Assembly: GCA_051294905.1 (NCBI GenBank)
Contig: CM119372.1
Coordinates: forward strand, 35,404,001-35,468,000
Length of the DNA stretch: 64,000 nucleotides
Direction: 5' to 3'
Source: Botryllus schlosseri
Lineage: Eukaryota
This document shows positions 27,416 to 39,598 of this stretch, piece by piece (position 1 is the first letter of the stretch; the number at the start of each line of letters is the position of its first letter). The translations under genes were made by a program, and so were the position numbers. The notes below the pieces were generated by a model that worked only from the letters and a program-made list of their open reading frames with translations, searched no databases and was not told the DNA's origin.

Positions 27416-29047
27416 TAGGGTTGTCCATAATTTGAAAAATCTTTAAAATGCTCCGTTGTAATGTCTTATTCTATAGATTATTGATAAAAAACAACAATGG
27501 GCCAAAAAGAAGCTCACAGGAAAGCCGTTCAGATTTCGTGCAAAGCGTTTGAAAGTAGCTGCCGAAGAATGGGCGTGTCACCGCCCACAGAACGGCGACA
27601 AGACTAGTAATCACGAAACCACGGCTCTTGATTGGCTAATCGGCTATGCTTCAATGATCACGACAGCAGCAACTTGCTGATTAGGTGATCAAGGAGTCTG
27701 CTACCGGCGGCGATTATGAAAGCGCATTGTTGGTAGGTTGGCGGATAATGATTTAGGATTAATTCAGGGCATGTTAAGGTACGAAATACATGATGAACAA
27801 ACAACAGGTGCTTCACAGAAACGTCCAAAGTATGGCCGCTTTATTCTGAAGGAAAGCGCTGTAGCCTACATGCCTTGTTTTCATCGAGGGAAAGCAAAGA
27901 CGCTTATGCAAGTGGCGAATCAATTCCTTGTTTCAAAAGGGATCCATCATCATTGAATGCAAATATAAAGCTTGACAATGACACTATAATTTGTGTGAAC
28001 TTATTGGGCTCAGGTTGTACTATTACTGTTGAAGTTTTGAATGCTCTAGAGATCGGCTGAATCAGCCGATTATGCTTGGCACTTACAGCAAATTGAATTC
28101 CCTTGCAAGTGTTGTCGAAGTCATTAATGATGTCGCAGAAAAGAGGTGTAAAAGTAAGAACATACTATGCTGGATATGATATGTCAAAGTCCTTAATGAT
28201 CGCGCGGCAAAGAGGTGTAAAGGTAAGCAGTAACTACAGACTATGCTGCATAGTATCCACCATAGTTTGGATATCATATTCAGCATAGTCTGTTCTTACA
28301 TTTACACCTCATTTCTGCAGCATCATTAAGGACTTTGACAACACTTACAAGTGAATTGAATTTGCTGTAAGCATCTGATTAGTACCAAGCATAACCGGCT
28401 GATTCAGCCGATCCCTAGAACATTCAAAACTTCAACTGTATAGTACAACCTGAGCCCAATAAGATCACACAAATTATATAGTCATTGTTAAGCTTTATAA
28501 TTGTATTCAAGGATGATGGATCCCGTCTGTAACAGGGAATTCATTCGCCACTTGAATAAGCGCCTTTGTTTTCCCTCGATGAAATCAAGGCATGTAGGCT
28601 GCAGCGCTTTCCTTCACAATAAAGCGGTCATGCTTTAGACGTTTTTGTGAAGCACCTGTTGTTTGTTCATCATGTATTTCGTACCTCAATATGTCGTGAA
28701 TTAATCCTAAATCATTATCCGCCAACCTACCTACAATGCGCTTTCAGAATCGCCGCCGGTAGCAGGCCCCTTGATCACCTAATCAGCAAGTTGCTGCTGT
28801 TGTGATCATTGAAGCATAGCCGATTAGCCAATCAAGAGCCGTGGTTTCGTGATTACTAGTCTTCTCGCCGTTCTGTGGGCGGTGGCACGCCCATTCTTCG
28901 GCAGCTACTTTCAAACGCTTTGCACGAAATCTTAACGGCTTTCCTGTGAACTTCTTTTTGGCCCATTGTTGTTTTTTATCAATAATCTATAGAATAAGAC
29001 ATTACAACGGAGCATTTGTGAGATTTTCCAAATTATGGACAACCCTA
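27416..29047. mobile_element. Foldback (long-TIR) non-autonomous DNA transposon, copy A, 1,632 bp
   Basis: Termini tagggttgtccataatttg / caaattatggacaacccta; perfect 8-bp TSD atctgcat (27408-27415, 29048-29055). Inverted arms extend about 770 bp, leaving a loop of about 90 bp (about 28183-28270). Confidence 0.92.
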
Positions 29048-29577
29048 ATCTGCATGTAACATTTCGGCATGATTTGATAGGTCAGGCCTGCAAGCGATAC
29101 AAAGGCCTAAATACGGCGCGTGACCAAAATCCAGCTTGCCATCCCCGCCCGAAAGGTTATACTAAAATCTGATATCGTATACGGTCACTGTATCTTTTAG
29201 TTTGCTCGCTATATACTTAACGTGTTAGTGAAATCCGCAATATGCTGCCTAATGAGAGTGCGCACATAACATGCGATTCCTCACAAAATCTAATCTAATA
29301 CCGTGAATTACACATCAGGCAAGAAGATTTCACATCGATCAATAGTTGTACTAGATCAAAATAATAACTATAAGACTATTAGTGGACAATTCCTTACATG
29401 GTTTCATATGCTACCACCTGGTTATATTGATATATAATGCGGGTTGTGACGGATCCGATGACGATCGAGCGTCATTTGTGAAATGCATCTTCCGTTAATA
29501 GGGAAACGTGAGACTGGATGACAGGATGGGCTTGGTTGAATTGATTGGTTGAATAAGCAGCATTCGCTGAATACCTT

Positions 29578-31209
29578 TAGGGTTGTCCATAATTTGGAAA
29601 ATCTCACAAATGCTCCGTTGTAATGTCTTATTCTATAGATTATTGATAAAAAACAACAATGGGCCAAAAAGAAGTTCACAGGAAAGCCGTTAAGATTTCG
29701 TGCAAAGCGTTTGAAAGTAGCTGCCGAAGAATGGGCGTGCCACCGCCCACAGAACGGCGAGAAGACTAGTAATCACGAAACCACGGCTCTTGATTGGCTA
29801 ATCGGCTATGCTTCAATGATCACAACAGCAGCAACTTGCTGATTAGGTGATCAAGGGGCCTGCTACCGGCGGCGATTCTGAAAGCGCATTGTAGGTAGGT
29901 TGGCGGATAATGATTTAGGATTAATTCACGACATATTGAGGTACGAAATACATGATGAACAAACAACAGGTGCTTCACAAAAACGTCTAAAGCATGACCG
30001 CTTTATTGTGAAGGAAAGCGCTGCAGCCTACATGCCTTGATTTCATCGAGGGAAAACAAAGGCGCTTATTCAAGTGGCGAATGAATTCCCTGTTACAGAC
30101 GGGATCCATCATCCTTGAATACAATTATAAAGCTTAACAATGACTATATAATTTGTGTGATCTTATTGGGCTCAGGTTGTACTATACAGTTGAAGTTTTG
30201 AATGTTCTAGGGATCGGCTGAATCAGCCGGTTATGCTTGGTACTAATCAGATGCTTACAGCAAATTCAATTCACTTGTAAGTGTTGTCAAAGTCCTTAAT
30301 GATGCTGCAGAAATGAGGTGTAAATGTAAGAACAGACTATGCTGAATATGATATCCAAACTATGGTGGATACTATGCAGCATAGTCTGTAGTTACTGCTT
30401 ACCTTTACACCTCTTTGCCGCGCGATCATTAAGGACTTTGACATATCATATCCAGCATAGTATGTTCTTACTTTTACACCTCTTTTCTGCGACATCATTA
30501 ATGACTTCGACAACACTTGCAAGGGAATTCAATTTGCTGTAAGTGCCAAGCATAATCGGCTGATTCAGCCGATCTCTAGAGCATTCAAAACTTCAACAGT
30601 AATAGTACAACCTGAGCCCAATAAGTTCACACAAATTATAGTGTCATTGTCAAGCTTTATATTTGCATTCAATGATGATGGATCCCTTTTGAAACAAGGA
30701 ATTGATTCGCCACTTGCATAAGCGTCTTTGCTTTCCCTCGATGAAAACAAGGCATGTAGGCTACAGCGCTTTCCTTCAGAATAAAGCGGCCATACTTTGG
30801 ACGTTTCTGTGAAGCACCTGTTGTTTGTTCATCATGTATTTCGTACCTTAACATGCCCTGAATTAATCCTAAATCATTATCCGCCAACCTACCAACAATG
30901 CGCTTTCATAATCGCCGCCGGTAGCAGACTCCTTGATCACCTAATCAGCAAGTTGCTGCTGTCGTGATCATTGAAGCATAGCCGATTAGCCAATCAAGAG
31001 CCGTGGTTTCGTGATTACTAGTCTTGTCGCCGTTCTGTGGGCGGTGACACGCCCATTCTTCGGCAGCTACTTTCAAACGCTTTGCACGAAATCTGAACGG
31101 CTTTCCTGTGAGCTTCTTTTTGGCCCATTGTTGTTTTTTATCAATAATCTATAGAATAAGACATTACAACGGAGCATTTTAAAGATTTTTCAAATTATGG
31201 ACAACCCTA
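29578..31209. mobile_element. Foldback element, copy A' (reverse complement of copy A), 1,632 bp
   Basis: Same length as copy A, with arm-specific variants mirrored; the ORF track gives identical peptides on opposite strands. Inserted into a TAGGGATGGT MITE. Right flank acctacat, left flank acct---t (eroded TSD). Confidence 0.92.
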
Positions 31210-31599
31210 ACCTACATGTATAGTGTATTTCGTTCTTGCCGTTGTGTGACTGCGGGTTACGCTCACAGCAGAGAGAGTCACTAAATATTCACAAACTGAA
31301 GGCTGAATATTTTGAGCAATCTTTTGAAACAAAGCAAGTGAAATTTTTGAGAATGGTAGAGGTGCAGGCTTGTTTTGTATTGGATTTTTGTTATGCTGCC
31401 AACGCCATGCATTGAGTGATCTTAAGTTAAAATGCAAAGAACTTCTATCAAAGATGTTATAATGACGTGAAAAATTGTAATAGATAAAAAAGGTTCTCAC
31501 TGCAGAACCTACCAAGATTCGTTTGTGAACGTGAACCTCTAAATTTCTGAGGTTCATACATAAAACGCGAACGTCAACCTCACGTTCACACCATCGCTA
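31210..31599. mobile_element. TAGGGATGGT-family MITE fragment (inverted), interrupted by foldback copy A'
   Basis: Reverse-complement match to about 54743-55130, ending caccatcgcta. Its continuation lies at about 29537-29577 on the other side of A'. Confidence 0.7.
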
Positions 31600-32212
31600 C
31601 TCGATTGGTTAATACCAGTTATCTTCAACATAGTTCGAACTGAAACTATTTACCTTACACTTGCAATTTTTTTTGACATGCAGAGCAGTTTTGATAGATT
31701 CGTATTAATTGAATCAGTAACGTAGTCATATCAAATTGGTGATTCACGACTAAGTGCGACGGTAACACATTAACACCCCATATACCTTCATCACCATTAT
31801 AGTCATTCTCCGCTGTAGTCACGAACAAACATCTTGAAATTATGAAAACTGGCCGCACGAGTTGGTAAACAATATCCCACAACCCCTCGTTCCATGATAC
31901 ATCTTCCAACTATATTTAGCACATCCCATACTTATCGTATTCTTTTTCCAAAAGAGGTAGACTCTTCGTTAGTTTTACTTTCACTAGGTAAAAAAACGAC
32001 TTTACTTTCGCATGTAGTTTAGTACAAATGATGAATACTAACGCACTCCTCTTATACATCCACGAGTCAAGGGTCAACGTTCATAGCGTGGATCGCAGCA
32101 TGGCAATTTTAGTACTAATTCTAACACAAGAAACCAGACTACTTTTCAAATAATTGAATATCACGAGATTCGTGTATGCATTGAAGATGTTGTAAAACTC
32201 TATGTCTTTCAG

Positions 32213-32431
32213 GGATTTTTTTTCGCTTGGATGTGGTCTCTCATATTGAACTTGGTAATGGTCTTGTGCGGTGGATCTGGATCCGACAGAACACAGTCAA
32301 GTTGTGCAATATTTTGAAATGACAGAGACAACTACATCTCTCAATATGCGCTGTATATGACCGTCTGCTTCCTGCTCCCGTTCGCGATTCTCGCATTCTG
32401 TTACAGATCCATTATGACCAAAGTCAAACGG
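32213..32431 (+). pseudogene. Opsin copy 1, TM4-ECL2-TM5 exon with nonsense and frameshift lesions
   Basis: Reads FAWMWSLILNLVMVLCGGSGSDRTQSSCAIF*NDRDNYISQYALYMTVCFLLPFAILAFCYRSIMTKVKR. TGA at 32315-32317 where copy 2 has TGG. Exon is 219 nt versus 218 nt in copy 2 (extra T in a T8 run). Confidence 0.85.
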
Positions 32432-33157
32432 GTGAGAAATCTTTCTTCGTCTGACTAAGTCACTGAAAATTATTTGTCATTGAAAAGATTCATTCAGTGA
32501 AATTCGTAAGACATCCCCTAATTATAGGTCCATCTTAATAAAAAAAATAGATTGGCCAACCGCTCTCATTGGAATTCGAAAGATCACGAACCACGTAAAT
32601 CACCTGGTATTCATCAAACACGAGATGTATAGGCCTACTAATTCTATACTATCCGCAACATGATCACATTTACCTTTGCATAGTAAAATGATAAATACAT
32701 GAAGGGGGGAAAACCGATCAATCTAATTTTGCTGATATATTATTTTCGAAATGGTCTGGTGCACAAGACCATAGCAGTCAAGCACCATAAATCCCGCACA
32801 CAACAAGTTGGTAGATCGCCTCGCAAAGCAAAGGTGATATTCGAATGAAGCAATTATGTTTCTATCAACTCTAACGAGGAAGGCATTCATTTATTCTGTC
32901 AAGCCCAAGTACTGAGTTAGTTTCAAATTAACCATTTCAATTACATATAAACAGTCAATCAGTCTTCATATAGAGCAGGAGCGTGCTCCCGTGGCCAATC
33001 AGGTTGGGTCCAACTGCAATTCAACGGTAAATCTGTTGATAATATTGGGATCAGTAACTTTTCTACCAAAAGTTGCCCGTAGACTAGAAATTAACTCGGT
33101 TGTAAATAAAGGCCATCACAGCCTATCACATGTGGGCGTTGCACCTTAGCATGTGTT

Positions 33158-33559
33158 ATTATTATTATTACATGGGTATTACAGTGACGCTTATCGCCGT
33201 TTAGGCCTTGTGCGTCACGACACAGATATAGGTACAGTTCAGATTCATCGTACAGTCAGTATCTTCAACATCATGCATTGCTTCCTCGTTGGACGACTGT
33301 CAATCAGCGCATTCACTCTTTCACTCTTTCTTTCTCTTGCATGCGTCCGTACTCCGTATTCGGGTCTCAGCTGCCGACTTTATGAGAGCGTGGCTTACTC
33401 TGTGTCTGGGCTTTTCAACACACTGTTGGTACAGCGGGATCGGCGATGAGGAGCCCAGATAACCTCCGACACATAGAAACATGATAGAGCCGAGACTCGA
33501 ACCAAGAACCATTGGTGTCGTGACCGTGTCGCTTAGCACACTGCGCCACTCGCTTCCCC
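33158..33559 (-). mobile_element. tRNA-derived SINE, family B
   Basis: Same head as 24217-24526, (taa)n tail, and 15-bp TSD accttagcatgtgtt (33143-33157, 33560-33574). Confidence 0.85.
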
Positions 33560-33581
33560 ACCTTAGCATGTGTTCGTAGAC

Positions 33582-35435
33582 CAGGGGCGGGCAACATACG
33601 GCCCGCGAAGGGATTTTGTCCGGCCCGTGGACTGTATTCCGTCTTACATGATAATGGGGCCCGCGGCCCCAGTCTGCCGAGATTCCCCACTACTTGCTTA
33701 CTAGGTCCAAATTTGGTGACTGTATGCTATTATATACGTGTATGCGCATTGCGCAGCGTGCGAGAGTGGAACTTATACGCGTAAGTTCGTCGAAGCGAGA
33801 ATACATTATCGGCATTTACGATGTACTCAGCCCTAATGTCGTTTGTGGTAATCATGGTGTTTGTCGACTACAATGGTCATTTACACCAGGCTGATATTTC
33901 TTATTTTTGATTCCGTAACTGCCGACATGTAGCACGGCACACTTCTCGGCTTTTGTAAGACACCGCTTATGCCAGTGGTTGCCAACTCAAAACGGGTCGC
34001 TGGCCACTATCCAAATTTCGTAGGGGATGCAGGCCGCATGAATTCAATATCGAGATTAATTAGGCCACACAGTTGAACAGCGACGCTATCTCGTCACCTA
34101 CTCAACCCTAATGAATTGATATATTTGTAAATTCGGGGTACTGGACTTATCGAACGCCTTGAAATCTTAATAAAGGATTGCACCGTGTGTTGATTGATTA
34201 GAGCAGGGGTCACCAACACGCGGCCCGTGAGGTCATATTTTGCGGCCCGCGACTTCATTTGAGATTTCGGAAGAAAGCTAAGAAAACCATTTGAAAAACT
34301 AAAATTGACTACAGTTTTAACATATTGTTGTAGTTTTTTTCAAAATAAGCTATGCCCCTATGCCCAACATCACTATTCCTCACAAGCTGAAACGGTTTCG
34401 GCGATGGCAACAGCATTATATCGAGGGAGAATCAGCTGATATGAATGGCCATATTGTCTTGACGGGCAATAGCCCAAACATTAGCAAAATCGAGACGCTT
34501 AGAAAACGGCTTAGGGCAGTGGTTCCCAAACTGGGGTAAGCATCTGAAGGGGGCTAGGAGCTGCGGTCAACTGATTTTTTTTGCGCTCCGCGCGATTTAC
34601 CTCTAGTTCATAGTTATTGCTTGGTGTATAGTCCGGAATTCATATTATAGAATTCTCTCATCAACAGTCATAACCTTCCATGCCATTAAACTATCCGTAG
34701 GGATTGCTGGTATTCTAGTTGCATTTTCTGATATGACGATAAGGGAGGCGCGAAAATTTTCAGTCTCATAAAGGGGAGCGTGTCCAAAAAAGTTTGAGAA
34801 CCACCGTCTTACGGCTTCCCCACAAGATCAAGCTTTACGTGGAGAGGGCCTTTCAGCATATAACGAACGCATCTCGCCAGCCACAATATCGATTCATCAG
34901 TCGCTGAAAAGAGTTTTCAGGTATCGTGCACTCTGCGCAGCTCAGAGTTCAAAATAAAATGAAATTTATGGCAATGATTTTATGTTGTATTTGTGTTCCC
35001 CTAATAAAATATTACTTCATTAGTGGTCACCATGCCAATCGCCTATGCTGGGTAGCACAGCGTTGTACTGACTGATTTTCAAAACGTGGTTGCCCGTTTG
35101 ATAGCGATATTGAATTCATGCGGCCCGCGGCCGCTACGAAATTTGAAAAGTGGCCCGCGACCCGTTTTGAGTTGGCGACCCCTGGATTAGAGAGAACCAG
35201 ACATGGTGGCGCCTGTATGACAACGTTATTCTCAAATCCATATTGTCTCCGTCATTATCGGCGAGAAATGGCTGTGAAGTGACATTGCTGTCGGTAAAAT
35301 ATATTCATTAAATACGATTTAGTCCTTGTATATGTGGATAAACGGGCAAATAATGTATCGATTCAGCAATCCGGCCCGCCAACTACTTAATTTTCCTATT
35401 TCCGGCCCGCCGACTGGAGAAGTTGCCCGCCCCTG
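33582..35435. mobile_element. Triple-nested hAT MITEs
   Basis: Outer element caggggcgggcaac / gttgcccgcccctg with TSD tcgtagac; middle 34204-35184 with TSD gattagag; inner 34517-34806 with flanks gcttaggg/tcttacgg. Confidence 0.85.
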
Positions 35436-35728
35436 TCGTAGACCCTGGTGCGATGCACTATTGCAAGGGTTCTCAGAGTATATTTGATTAATCTAACCAA
35501 TACTTTTTCTCCGGTATCCATAACCGTGAAAAGATAGTTGTAGCTTTCGATCTCTATTTACAGCGAACATCAACATGACAGCCAAAAATATACAAATAAG
35601 GTAATTCTGGTATTTATATAAGCAGTAAGCACACATCTGTGAATTTTCGACCTCCAAGTTATCGATTTCACCAGTTCAGTTATATGTTCCTTCTATCAAG
35701 ACACTATATGTGATGGTTCTCATTACAG

Positions 35729-35881
35729 AAAACACCCCATGGGAATCAGATAACAAGTGCAACAAAGATCCCGTTTCCCGCAACAGTTAAATCCGTCTTC
35801 ATGATCATGATCACATTCATCTTCTGCTGGATGCCGTTCGGATGCGTAACTATGCTCAAAATGGCACATCCGACGTGTGAA
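35729..35881 (+). CDS. Opsin copy 1, ICL3-TM6 exon (open frame)
   Basis: ttacag| KTPHGNQITSATKIPFPATVKSVFMIMITFIFCWMPFGCVTMLKMAHPTCE |gtaatg; carries the CWxP motif. Confidence 0.85.
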
Positions 35882-35947
35882 GTAATGAAGCAACATTCTT
35901 AAAGCGGCAATGTTTGTTTAATTGTTGAACTACAAAATTTAATTCAG

Positions 35948-36037
35948 ATTTCACCTATCGTCGAGGTAATTCCGACTTTTGCTGCGAAATGCTCCTACGT
36001 CTTATGTCCAGTTGTCTGCGTCATCAGGAACAAACAA
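35948..36037 (+). CDS. Opsin copy 1, TM7 exon with retinal-binding lysine (open frame)
   Basis: ttcag| ISPIVEVIPTFAAKCSYVLCPVVCVIRNKQ |gtaagc. Ungapped against rhodopsin FFAK296TSAVYNPVIYIMMNKQ312. Confidence 0.88.
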
Positions 36038-36953
36038 GTAAGCTATGCGTAAATCACATACTGTTAGTCTCCGTATCTGCTAATAAAACTTCCGATAGCG
36101 ATTCTATACTGGATCTGATATTTTCATCGTCAAATGCGACCAGTAAGAAGTCAACCACACTCAAGTAGATATTTCTTACTTGCACTATTCATCCGATGTA
36201 GCTGTGTTTTATAACTACATCCGCTTCTACTCGTAGAGTTTCTAGGCAAGAATATTGTTGCTGCATAGTGTATGTCGATTTCGAAAATTGGAGAGTAGTT
36301 TTAGCATGACTCAGCATCACTCTTACGAGTGAGTAAAAGTTGTCATAAACACCACGCGAAATAGCCGATTCAGCGTGAACAAATATTTTTAAATCGCATC
36401 TTTTTTAGGGTCACGAAAATAGATATTGTAATTTTAACACTAGTCACCGCCAAATAATTGCAAGAAATGAGCGAACTCTCTATCAAATCTTCTATTTTTG
36501 AACTCCCTACTTTATTACAAGTCAGATCTTCCATTTTGTGATTCCACTCGAAGTAATTTTGACACATCTTCGAAGTCGCTACTGCTATTTGTATAAGAGT
36601 AGATATTTACGACCGTTGATACTACTTCCACTTGACTAATAAACTGTCCAATTTGACCATCTTTGGTCATTGTACAAATTCATACAACCAGTCAGGTGTA
36701 TTGGGGTCTTTCACGTCACCCAATTATTATAACTTGACATTGTCGCGCAATCTGCGTTCACTTGGCTCTCTCTTGGCTTCACTCTCATTTAAAATATTAT
36801 TTTAATACCCACGCTCAACTTTTCGTTTCTGCGGTTGTATTAAAATAGGAAGCAACAGCACGGGACTACCAATGACTTCTAAAAATGTTTTGGATATCCG
36901 CTGCACTGTGCGATCCGTGCGCAATGTAGACTACATATGTTGATTTATTTCAG

Positions 36954-37085
36954 ATGAAAGAGGATGGGATGCAGACCATATGCAATCGCAAACGGAACGA
37001 TTCACCCTCTCAGATACGATATAGCAAAGTCACGAGATCCACCAAATATACCGAACCTAGACACATGAATTCAACAACCATATAG
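36954..37085 (+). CDS. Opsin copy 1, probable terminal exon (helix 8 and Ser/Thr-rich tail)
   Basis: tttcag| MKEDGMQTICNRKRNDSPSQIRYSKVTRSTKYTEPRHMNSTTI*; phase 0, Cys at a typical post-helix-8 position. Confidence 0.6.
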   Translation: MKEDGMQTICNRKRNDSPSQIRYSKVTRSTKYTEPRHMNSTTI

Positions 37086-37449
37086 TAAAGTATATGTATA
37101 CTCATAGTGAACTGAATGGACACACTACAATGCTCTTCAAATGATTGACCGAAAATGGAGACTATACTTTTTCATCTAGTACGTTTATTACTCATGCGAT
37201 TGTGTCGCCCATCCATCAAATGTTGGAGGCCCGTTCCGACCGCATTTGTGATTATATAACAGACTATATAGTAATATTATCTGTCATGACTTCTGGGCTG
37301 TCGATTTCTTCAAAGCCATAGTAGGTTACCGCTGACGTGGATGGTACTGAGAGGAGGAGTATAGAAAAACTTCGATAATAATTGGGTATAGGAATCCAGA
37401 CTTTGGACTCATACTCACAACAAATTAGTGCTACAGCTGTAGAGCGTAT

Positions 37450-37650
37450 CACCACTTTCGTCAACGAGTGTTTAGTTGGTAACGACATTAATGGAAAATA
37501 TCTCTATTTTCAAATACACACCATATTCCTGTATTTCGTCGTCTTCACATCATGTTCTGTTTTTGACCACGCTATTCACCATAAAAAAATCGCATTATCC
37601 AGTCAATGATTTGCTATAATTATGCCATATACTTGCACGACTGGTCGTTG
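37450..37650. repeat. Unclassified dispersed repeat; second copy at about 43570-43780
   Basis: Shared blocks tttagttRgtaacgacatt, tttcaaataYacac, atttcgtcgtcttcac and gctattc in the same order. Confidence 0.6.
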
Positions 37651-39598
37651 GTTTGTAGTATTTGTCGACTATACAACGGTCATTTACACTGGGTGTTTCA
37701 CGATGGCACGTATTTTTTTGAGCGCGTGATATACGATGTTGAATAACGCTGTGTATACACTTTAAGTTTAGAACTGTTGCTCAACCCGGAAAATTGAACA
37801 CGAAGCGTGATACAAAAATTGAACGCCTACAAGTGTTGCGAAGTGTTTAAATTAAAAGTGTTGACCTAAAAAGTGTTCATTCTCAAACTGCCTGGTTGAC
37901 TAGTAACCAGAACGCAGGGCTCAGACTAAAATCAGATTTTATTGATTCATTAATAAATGACACTTATATTACCCAACCTGGGTGACTAAATATATGCAAA
38001 CATTCAGTCTCCAATAGCTACTGTGACAGGTTTTCATTAATTCAAATCAGCAGTTGGAACCTTTTCCGGAATAGTCCATGAAATCACTAACATCAGAAAT
38101 GATTCAGAGCAAATTTACTACAAATATCATGCAACTCATTCAATCATGGGAATGAAAACGAATGCATTGGGATAGTGATAACAAAATATCATTTGGTATC
38201 CTAAACTTTCATGACAGGGGCATGGAATCATTGGTTACGTTCATTAGCGGAAAACATGACCAACTCAAATCATTGCAACTTATTGAAAACTGATCAAATT
38301 ATGGTTACTAAATTCGATATTTAATATTAACGAACAAAAAAATGTACCAGTATCACTACCGTCCCAATCAACCAGAAGTATGTGTTGACTCTTTACGAAA
38401 TTTGGCCTGCTAACCAGGCATCAAAAATATTCTGGTGCTTGCATTACAAGTATTTATATCAGGTTAATGCCAATCACTTTTAGGTTAAACAACTAAGAAA
38501 TCGTTTCTACGAATCCATACAAATTTTGCAGATTTATAGAAACGATTTTGTTGTCCTGGCCCAGTCAGTTGCAAAGAATGAAATCTGGAAATGATTAAGG
38601 ACGTGGTTCTCAAACTATTTGGACAGTCTCCCTTTATGATAGCAAAAAAAATTCACACACTCCTTATTGTTCTATCATAAAATAATAAAAAAACAGATCA
38701 TACCAGGTCATGGCTGTTGATGAGAGGATATTCAAATATGAAATTCTCACTATACACAAAGAAATATCTAAGAACTGGAGTGCGCGAAAAAAATCAGTCG
38801 ACCGCGGCTTCGTGCCCCCGTCAATTGCTTTCACGCCTCTTGTTTGAGACCGCTCATTAGGGTATGACAAATCGCATGCATAGCAGCTCAAAATATCAAC
38901 AGTCTTTCTGAATACTTCATCTTCACTGAGGCATTTCTATATTCTTGCGATCAGCTGCAACCCTGGCTTGATGAATCTCTGATTCGTGACGTGCCATGGT
39001 GTCTCCATCTTTTCACTAGTCGACTCCAAGTGGTGCTCCTTGCAAATATGATGAAATACCAAAGTTTTGAACATGCCAAGAAAGTATCTAGATTTTATGC
39101 AGAAATAAATATAGATATTCCAGACAGGTAGGTTACAGAAGCACAGGAAAGGCGCTCGGCTGCATGTGAAATCCTATCAATCACTGAATAAGACTAAAAT
39201 TAGCAAAACGACTAATAAAAATATCTTTTATCGGGTCTTTATTTTATTCAATTCGGCCATTTTGACGTTTACAGTGACACTCAGACGAACAGGCACCAAT
39301 AAAAATGCAGAAATTAACTTTGAATGAGATTTATGGCAAAACGTTGCCGGTCTATCTAAATTTGTATGGCCCACAAAACAGAAGCATTACCCGATTCAAT
39401 GATAAGACATGCACTCGGGTCTTGGATTATTTCCGGTTGTCGCTCAATTTGGCTTGGAAAAGAAGATAGTTGCCTTCATCAACCTCATTTTGCTGAAAAT
39501 GAAATTGATTACAAACAAGATCAGACAATAAATATAGTAAAATAAATTGTATGGGGTTGGAATCAATGTTCCCCCTAATTTTTTATGAGTCTGCACGC

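Larger units (their letters stand above)
26100..37085 (+). pseudogene. Ciliary-type opsin, copy 1 (disrupted)
   Basis: Exon remnants paralogous to copy 2: possible TM1 at about 26100-26705 (VGNVVSLVT, split by a MITE); TM2-3 at 26818-26975 (stop at 26887 plus frameshift, same CTAG|gtt junction as copy 2); about 27029 onward (degraded); TM4-5 at 32213-32431; TM6 at 35729-35881; TM7 at 35948-36037; tail at 36954-37085. The 5' boundary is approximate. Confidence 0.8.

Noticed and set aside
27415..27420. TTAGGG at foldback termini as telomeric sequence
   Set aside because: Single hexamer; the 8-bp TSD places the first T in the flank, and the element begins TAGGG like other hAT-type ends here.
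27738..28288. Small ORFs repeated at 30337-30887 as duplicated genes
   Set aside because: They lie in the foldback arms, are not conserved in the sister arm and have no recognisable domain.
35564..35600. Extra AG/GT-bounded 37-nt exon in opsin copy 1
   Set aside because: It has stops in the required phase and no counterpart in copy 2.
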